Translations under genes and position numbers: made by a program
The notes under the pieces: generated by a model
What the model was told of the DNA's origin: nothing
Databases searched by the model: none
The model's input: the letters and a program-made list of their open reading frames with translations, nothing else
Shown here: in pieces, positions 57,001 to 64,000 of the stretch
Numbering within the stretch: the stretch's first letter is position 1
Layout of the letters: each line of letters begins with the position of its first letter
Assembly (NCBI RefSeq): GCF_021869535.1
Contig: NW_026262690.1
Location: forward strand, 94,550,001-94,614,000
Direction: 5' to 3'
Source of the DNA: Mytilus californianus
Lineage: Eukaryota
DNA length: 64,000 nt

Positions 57001-60000
57001 GTTGATAATTGTCATTTTGCTTAGTTTCTTCTGCTCAGTTTCTTTCGCTACCTATTCTAACATCGGACTTGTACTTCTTGTAAACTGAATTTTACTGTGC
57101 GTATTGCTGTGTGTTTGTTTATTCCACATTGGCTAGAGGTGTAGGGGTAGGGTTGGGTTCTCACAAAACATGTTTAACCCGCCGCATTTTCGCGCCTGTC
57201 CCAAGTCAGTAACCTTTGGCCTTTGTTAGTCTTGTTTGTGTTTTTTTTTATGTTTTTGGTTCATTTATATGTTTCGGAGTTTGGTATGACGTCTATTTTA
57301 ACTGAATAAGTATACATTAGTGTTTAGGGGCCAGCTAAAGCCCGCCTCCGGGTGCGGGATTCACTCGCAGTGTTGAAGACCCATTGGTGGCCTTGGGCTG
57401 TTTTCTGCTCTTTGTTCGGATTGTTGTCTCTTTGACGCATTCCCCATTTTTATTCTCAATTTTAACCATACTATTAAATACAAATGAGTAACATTACAAT
57501 TAGATTCAATGTACAGATGAATAACCATACAATTAGATACAAATGAATAATCACACAATTAGATTCAATTGAATACTAGTAACCATACAAATATAATGTA
57601 TTTTGACCTATAATTGTTACCTTTTTATACATTGTGACTTGGATGAAGAGTTGTCTCATTGGCACTTATACCACATCTTCTTATTTAAATTAAATACAAA
57701 TGAATAACCATACAATAAAGCACAATGTAACAATGAATAACCATACACTTAGATACAAATGAATAACCATAGAATTATAAACAAATGAATAACAATGCAA
57801 TTAGATACAAGATGAATAACAGTTTGATACAAGGCATAACCAAACAACTAGATTTTAATTCAAAAATGTCTATCTGGAGCTTCTATATAAAACAATATTT
57901 CATATTTGCAATCTTTTTGACCATAATTGAAGTAGTTTTGTCAGCAATATATATATATATATGCTGTCAGAATATAATGTAACAGCTTATGGGGGCCAAT
58001 GCCGTATCTGTAGTGCAATGTAATGAGACACTACAATTGTGTACCTATTCTTTTAGTTATACATTCTTATTCTTTCTTCCAAATGAAAATAAGACTTTAT
58101 AAATTTTGTGCATCCGAAACACTATTCTGGACTTACCTTCATCAGGAACGCTTAAAGCAAACAATTTGAGACCAAAGGATGTATAATTACCTAAATCAAT
58201 ATTAGCTATATGACCAAAAGGGACCTAATATTCTTTTAAGGTTAATTGTGCCGTAGGGAGTTGTAACCTAAGTTTCTTATTAATTATCTTAATTCACCGA
58301 CAAAGAATTTAATACTATGTTATAAATCATATCAGTACCACAGCACTGACTACTGAGCTTATGATACTCTCGGGGCTAACGGTCCGTTGGCGATGGTATC
58401 GTTCCAGTGATAGTGAATAAATCATACCGTTTCAAAATTCTTAGTTTGGCACTTATATAAAACCTAGAGCTAAAACCTCTTTTGAAAAATTTCAGTGCTT
58501 TATTCGCGTTTTGGAAATCAGTTGTACGCTTTCTTTTCTTTATAAAATTAGATACATTTTTCATCATTGCATTGCAGAAAAAGGAGTACAGGATCAACAT
58601 AACAACAAGAAAATGTAACGTATCCACCATAACAAGACCTTTCATGTCTATTGGAATTCCACCAAATGCCACCTTCAATGGATTTGCAACCTTAGGTGTT
58701 TCTAGTATCACTGGACAGAGTCTGAATGTACAAGACTGGGAAACATCAGTATTTAACAATAGGTTCTCTGTCGTACTAACTAGTCCTGACTGCATCCCTG
58801 TTCAGTATACACATTACATATCTCCAGCAAGTACCATCGTTTCATCGTGAGTACGACAACTAAGAATAGTGTTACTTCAAGATTTAGAAAGGATTTTATT
58901 CCGTAGGCATTTTCCTTGAATATGCGTAGATCTTAACTATTATCACGTTACAAATCATCATCGAATATAAAATAAGGAGATGTGGTATGATTCCAAATGA
59001 GACAACTATCCAGAGACCAAATGACGTAGATGTAAGCAATTGAAGGTCACTTCACAACCTTCAACAATGAGTAAACCCGATACTGTAGAGTAAGCTATAT
59101 AAGGCTCCGACATGACAATTCAAACGAAAAAACCAACGTCCTGGTTTATGACAAATTAATAAACGTAAAACAAACATGCCAGACAGCAACCAACGACAAC
59201 CACTCAACCACAGGCTCCCAAAGTAGAATGTGGTGGGGTTAAACATGTTTGTGAACGGTCAACATCTCCTTACCTGGACAGTGGTACAACAGCACAACAT
59301 AAGAAAAAACTGTAAAAACCAGTTCGAAATTAATTAATGCATTTCAAACAACATTTTTTTTTTTGAAATTAACATCTTTTTGTTCGGAATGATATCCAAA
59401 TTAAAAAAAAACAACAGTTGTTTGTGTGCAAATTAACATACTTTACAATAATAATTACAATCAAAATGACTAGAATGAAGATCGTGAGTAGTAATTTCAT
59501 ATACATTGCAGACATGGGGTGATTGAAATACGTAATTGTAATTGGCTGTAATTAATTACAATTTCTCAAGTAATTGAATGTAATGTGTAATTGAGCATTT
59601 TTTCAATTACAAGTAATTGAAAGTAATGAATTACAAAGCCAAAATTGTCTGTAACTGACAATTACTTTTCAATTACAATTCAATTACATTTGAAATTTGG
59701 GATCAGAAAGATTGAATCTTGTGTTTTCTCAAAAAATTATGAAAAGCCATGACCTTAGCAAATGTAGTTAGCTGACAAATCAAAGCCTACACAGTATACC
59801 TTCTGTAATTACACAACCATGGAAGATTCTTTATTTTGTAATGAATGAACAAAAAATTAAAAAGAAAAAAAAAATATTGTAGAACTATGCCATAATTTGT
59901 GTTTAAAAGAAACCATTAGTAAGTCACTGTCTTATACCTTAATTAGCTTGTTACCTACATGTATATTCAGATGGGTATTGTTAGACATTGATTTAACATA

Positions 60001-61240
60001 ATAAATTTGAAAGGTCATAAGTCAATCAATAAATATAACCTCTGGCTATTTGTTTTATCATAAACTATATAATGACTGTTTTTACAACATTTATGTTTGC
60101 ATGTTAAACAGGTGTTAAGCCAATTAGAGAGAGATAAATATACCCCTAGGTACATGATTTTTTTTTTTGATTAATTAATTGTGATTAAAACTACATTATA
60201 TTTTTAAAAAAGTCAGACTTTCTAAATCATATCTTTAGGAAAAATAATTTTAATAAGTTGTGATCAAAATAAAAAAATAAAATTTTATCTATAGGGCTCT
60301 CTTCTTGTATCATTTTCAATGAAATACATTAAAACATAAAATTTCAATAAGTAATTAAACAAAATTTAATATTTTCCAAATATTGAATAAGGCTTTTTAT
60401 CATTTTGCACATTAAATTAAACCAGACATCTAGTCCTAACGATTCCTGATAGACAAAGTATTATGTGCACTTCACATTTATGTTTGTTTTTTCTTTATTC
60501 CCGTAACACACCAGATATTTAACATTTACTCTTCTTTGATACTGGCTGAATTTGAAAATAGTCACTGTAGATCTCATTTGTTATTACTATAAAGCAATGT
60601 ATGATAGTTATGTACATACGATAGAATAAATGCATGTTCTAAATTTCCTTTCAAAAGTAATTGAAGTAATTAATTACATTTGCCAAGTAATTGGAAAGTA
60701 ATTAATTACATTGTCAAAAAAAGTCAAATGTAATGTGTAATTTAATTGAAGATTTTGTAATTGTTATTGAATGTAATTAATTACTTTCAAAAGTAATTGA
60801 CCCCATGTCTGATACATTGGTATATTTTTTTATTCCAAATTCAAATTGAAACGATAAAAGATTTGTGAAAAACCATCACGCCGACAAATATCCTAACACG
60901 ACATCGGTCTAGAAATGAAATAAGTTTAGCTTTAATTTTGAGACAGGGGTAAGAACAATTGTTTAAGGTGTCATGAAGCCTCAAAATTTTAAATTGGATA
61001 TCAAAAGGCTTTTAGTCAAACTTTCAATTGTCTGGAGATATTTTGAATAACCATACGTCAATTGTCAAAATGTATATCAACGTTTTGGATAAAATGGTAT
61101 TCTTCACTTATTCCCTTATCTAGATTATTTACAAATGCATTTCTTACAATGTTTTATCTTTTTACAGGTATTTCGACATAAATCTTGGAATAAACGATTT
61201 AAGTGTGTTCACACCACCCTCGGAGTGTAATCAAGAATAA
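51018..61240 (+). CDS. EPDR: Ependymin-related protein D, 196 aa; exons 51018-51081, 53807-53841, 55478-55627, 58578-58846, 61168-61240
   Basis: GT-AG exons in phase (591 nt) with the same exon sizes as paralogue C. QIPTRC-DPPKQWEGN, VSYDETNQRVRE, KCNVS, TSPDCIP, FTPPSECNQE*. The upstream region and intron 1 are homologous to C, indicating a tandem duplication. Confidence 0.92.
51655..51995 (-). mobile_element. Inverted PLE family 1 tail(s) in EPDR-D intron 1
   Basis: Minus strand GATCTGCTAACCCTTCCGAAGCACCAGAG...; the terminal segment AGAGAGGCGAAA..ACTCATAAGTCGAAA..GCCATGGC is present twice in tandem. Another minus tail lies at about 55030-55275. Confidence 0.7.
52130..53175 (+). mobile_element. 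5'-truncated Penelope-like (Naiad-type) RT element, family 1
   Basis: Decayed YLVLGRDKSYFVKNHSD..IIKMLDFLID..MGTNCAPLL..FRYIDD..AYGVYISQL..KFYGRHHELVDRY and the same 3' tail as 22281-23571. Confidence 0.85.
54093..54137 (+). ncRNA. Candidate minimal hammerhead ribozyme (family 3), sense in EPDR-D intron 2
   Basis: Stem I TATTTA/TAAATA, CTGATGA (54099-105) plus an extra A, stem II GGATA/TATCC with a 5-nt loop, GAAA (54122-25), a single-pair stem III and a TTA triplet. Confidence 0.55.
55945..57470 (+). mobile_element. 5'-truncated Penelope-like RT element, family 2, in EPDR-D intron 3
   Basis: Decayed FEFLLDNIFVR..YRQVIGIPMG..LIADLFLYCYE..FRYLADIL..PFLDLDI..KIYDERDDF..VNYPFLDGDVP..SYGIYVYQ..GFRYHKLVKTFTKFY. 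The ORF ends near 56780 with no endonuclease after it. Confidence 0.85.
57470..57830. repeat. Degenerate minisatellite of about 22 bp (AAATGAATAACCATACAATTAGAT)
   Basis: Several imperfect copies. The same motif occurs at about 55775-55860 and, at low copy, in EPDR-C intron 3 (about 46110-46160). Confidence 0.7.
58110..58151 (-). ncRNA. Degenerate family 2 hammerhead, antisense in EPDR-D intron 3
   Basis: GCGTTC-CTGATGA-AGGTAAGTCCA-GAAT-AGTGTT-TC-GGATGC. Stem I is intact, but GAAA has become GAAT and the palindrome is lost; probably inactive. Confidence 0.55.
58970..59325. mobile_element. Interspersed repeat, inverted copy of the 62835-63180 family
   Basis: AATAAGGAGATGTGGTATGATT..ATGAGACAACTATCCA..GGGGTTAAACATGTTTGTGA. 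Confidence 0.65.
59509..60811. mobile_element. Non-autonomous hAT transposon (1303 bp) in EPDR-D intron 4
   Basis: Perfect 12-bp TIR CAGACATGGGGT / ACCCCATGTCTG and perfect 8-bp TSD ATACATTG (59501-08, 60812-19). Dense subterminal GTAATT/AATTAC motifs at both ends. No transposase ORF. Confidence 0.88.
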
Positions 61241-61309
61241 ATTGAAGTGTAATCAAGAATGAATTGGAGTGTAATCAAGAATAAATTGGAGTGTAATCGA
61301 GAATAAATT
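61222..61309 (+). repeat. Four tandem 22-bp copies of the EPDR-D stop/polyA-signal segment
   Basis: GGAGTGTAATCAAGAATAAATT x4 with minor variants; single copy in paralogue C (48621-48642). Confidence 0.9.
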
Positions 61310-61843
61310 ATGACACAATAAACCTTATCTTAAAAAATAAATAAAATATTGGTGTTATGATAACAGTTTTTACTGGGGAAAAAAATAATATCAAATTTGG
61401 TATACTGTTTTCGAGGTTTTATTAGTGATGCGGTACTTCTCTTAATCTAGCACAATCGCGTTGATGAGATACATTTTGTACTCCTTTATCATTAACAGGT
61501 GGTACAACGATAGTTTATTATGCCAGCAAAAAAAAACCAAAAAAAAAAAAACCAAAAAAATATACATTTTTCAGCGATCGATCGCCGACAGGTGCATTGG
61601 TTATTTTGGATAAAGAATCATGCTCTGTTGTAACATTTGGTGCATCATTTGAAAAACCCTATGTGGTTTAAAGAATCGATAATTTGGTGATGGATTATAA
61701 TATAATGCCTCTTGGTGTGGATGATAGGTACTCCTTCTGTTTCTTGACTTATTAGATTAATTATTCCCCTACTTTATTGAGTTTCTACATAAGCTGTCCT
61801 TGTAAGAACTCCTTAACATGAATTTCGCCAGAAAGAAAAAGAT

Positions 61844-62778
61844 AAAAAAAGAAGATATTACGGTTGCATGGACTAGTTACGTTAAGCTGCATATTTAGGA
61901 ATTATGAGCCTTTAACAGTCTGTTTAAAGTCTTATTACAAGTTATTAATTATGATAATAAATCTAAACCACTGAGATAATTCAGAGGTACAAAAAGGAAC
62001 AATTATCTTATCAAATTTCATTTTTCTGAGGAAAAAAACCTGTGTGATACACAATGAATAAAGAACGTCAATAGAGTAAGGTACAACTTCAGACGTTAAA
62101 TTCAGAAAAAAAGACGACTAGTTTAACATAAATGAAGAAATAATTCTGATTTGTATGTAGACTGTTTTTGTTCTTTTAAAGATTTGGGTGTGCACGTCTG
62201 AACAGTGGTAGCAAGCAAACCCGTTGAGGTTTATAGCTCGGCATATTGTAAACATACTTGTTGTTGTTTCTCGTACCGATATTTTGAGTTAAGCAAATAA
62301 AAATAAAAAAGCAAATAAAATTAAAAAAAAAGAAGATATTACGGTTGCATGGACTAGTTACGTTAAGCTGCATATTTAGGAATTATGAGCCTTTAACAGT
62401 CTGTTTAAAGTCTTATTACAAGTTATTAATTATGATAATATATCTAAACCACTGAGATAATTCAGAGGTACAAAAAGGAACAATTATCTTATCAAATTTC
62501 ATTTTTCTGAGGAAAAAAACCTGTGTGATACACAATGAATAAAGAACGTCAATAGAGTAAGGTACAACTTAAGACGTTAAATTCAGAAAAAAGACGACTA
62601 GTTTAACATAAATGAAGAAATAATTCTTATTTGTATGTAGACTGTTTTTGTTCTTTTAAAGATTTGGGTGTGCACGTCTGAACTGTGGTAGCAAGCAAAC
62701 CCGTTGAGGTTTATAGCTCGGCATATTGTAAACATACTTGTTGTTGTTTCTCGTACCGATATTTTGAGTTAAGCAAAT
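61844..62778. repeat. Near-identical tandem duplication, period about 480 bp
   Basis: GAAGATATTACGGTTGCATGG at 61851 and 62332; ATTTTGAGTTAAGCAAAT at 62281 and 62761. Only a handful of differences. Confidence 0.9.
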
Positions 62779-62834
62779 TGCAACTAATTTTACAGTTTGT
62801 TCTTATGTTGTGCTTTTACATCACTGTCCTATGT

Positions 62835-63180
62835 TTGGAAAGGGTTGAGAGCTCACAAAAATGTTTAACCCCGCCTCGTTCTTTATGTGCCTATCCCAAG
62901 TCAGGAGCCTGTAGTTCAGTGGTTGTCGTTGGTCCATGTCTGTCATATTTGTTTTTCTTATATTGTTTTGTTATAAATTAGCTCTTTAGTTTTCTTGTTT
63001 CCCATGTGTCATGTTTTTCATGTCGAAGCCTTTTATATCCGACTTTCCGATATGATTTTTTTTCTCATTGTTGAAGGCCGTACGGTTGCCTATTGTTGCT
63101 TAATTCCACTTCATTTGAACTCTGGTGGATAGTTCGTTGTCTCATTGGCAATCATACCACATCTCCTTATTTTTATATTG
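62835..63180. mobile_element. Interspersed repeat (same family as 11055-11365)
   Basis: GGGTTGAGAGCTCACAAAAATGTTTAACCCCGCC..CCCAAGTCAGGAGCC..TGGATAGTT..TCTCATTGGCAATCATACCACATCTCC. Confidence 0.65.
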
Positions 63181-63439
63181 TTTCCTCGTTGAAGACTTTA
63201 GTTGACCTCTTAAAATGGTTTCTCAGTTTTTGTCTTTGTTGGATAGCTATCTCATCGACAAACTCCATCATCTACTTTTTAAAATTTGATCACGTTATAA
63301 ACGAACACAGCAAGTGAACTAAAACAAATAGCCCAAAGAAGCTATTACCGGGCAAATGACGTCTATCCTTATAACTGACCAGTGTTTCTTCAAGTTATAA
63401 AAACCTTATGGTGCATTAAAAAGACAAGAACAAATCTTT

Positions 63440-63760
63440 GTGAACATGACGCAAGAACTTGTTCAACAGGGATATGAGTAAGAACGACTGAAATCGACAC
63501 TTTATAAAAATCACACAACAGGTTGACCGATACAATGTGTTTGTGTCTCACTAGCGACATGTTTCCGCGGTCTTAGATCTTAAGGTGCAAGTTGGTTGTC
63601 TGATTGAAAATTTACTGATTGCGTCCTATTCCCTATTGTAATATTTTATTAAGTGTGGTTTCGCATAGCGGGGGATGTATGCATTGCAGTAGACGCTTAC
63701 CCTGTCTATGCACCATTTCTCGCTCTTTTTGAAGTTAATGTGATTCCCCCAGGTGTTGTT
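63440..63760 (+). mobile_element. 3' end of PLE family 3
   Basis: Decayed MTQELVQQGYE.ERLKSTL....VDRYNVFVS followed by the AGACGCTTACCCTGTC tail. Confidence 0.6.
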
Positions 63761-64000
63761 TTAACGCTCGTAGTTAATCATGAAGAAACTGCTAATATAT
63801 TTTAGAAATATTGTAAAACATGCGTTCTCTATCTTGGAAAGGAAGTGATTGGAAAATATTTTTGATTTCTGTCATCTACACCTATATTGTAAAGGAGGGA
63901 CAAAACTAGTCAATATGACCTTTCGTGAGATGAATCTCAATTTTGCAAGGTTATTCCATGGACTACTTGTAATGCTTCTTTCAAAGCTCTAGTTTAACCT

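Noticed and set aside
57327-57400. HDV-like or twister ribozyme in the family 2 tail (GGGGCCA/TGGCCTT stem, CCCGC/GCGGG hairpin)
   Set aside because: No P3/L3 or catalytic J4/2 fits, and the 45-kb copy breaks both stems without compensation.
58376-58795. 139-aa minus-strand ORF (and similar ORFs at 35992-36261 and 15301-15486)
   Set aside because: Antisense shadows of EPDR exon 4.

Overview
AT-rich, intron-containing animal DNA. The repeat landscape and the ependymin expansion point to a bivalve mollusc, probably a mytilid mussel (inference). Six protein-coding genes were assembled by hand. Four are intact 5-exon ependymin-related (EPDR) paralogues: A on the minus strand (14316-18502) and B, C, D on the plus strand (33131-37373, 42208-48639, 51018-61240). 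A GH65 glucosidase, PGGHG/ATHL1 (minus, about 19755-29072), sits between A and B; it has a GC-AG intron and a probable N-terminal membrane anchor. An intronless 218-aa orphan ORF lies at 9451-10107. The rest is a dense repeat landscape: 5'-truncated Penelope-like (Naiad-type) RT elements of three families, tRNA/V-type SINEs, a Helentron-associated element with a 161-bp satellite, hAT and Kolobok MITEs with exact TSDs, and a LINE remnant. Four observations stand out. (1) Minimal type I hammerhead ribozymes of three families, two lying sense inside EPDR introns; one has an inverted antisense copy in the same intron and a 14-copy minisatellite of its cleavage-site sequence in an upstream intron. 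(2) Tandem duplications at exon 3' ends in three of four EPDR genes, including an array of seven extra splice donors in which only the first added unit keeps the frame. (3) A covarying pseudoknot-like motif with an invariant GCTTACCCT shared by the 3' UTRs of two PLE families. (4) A chimeric PLE copy recording ectopic recombination. All coordinates were read manually and nothing was searched or folded computationally.
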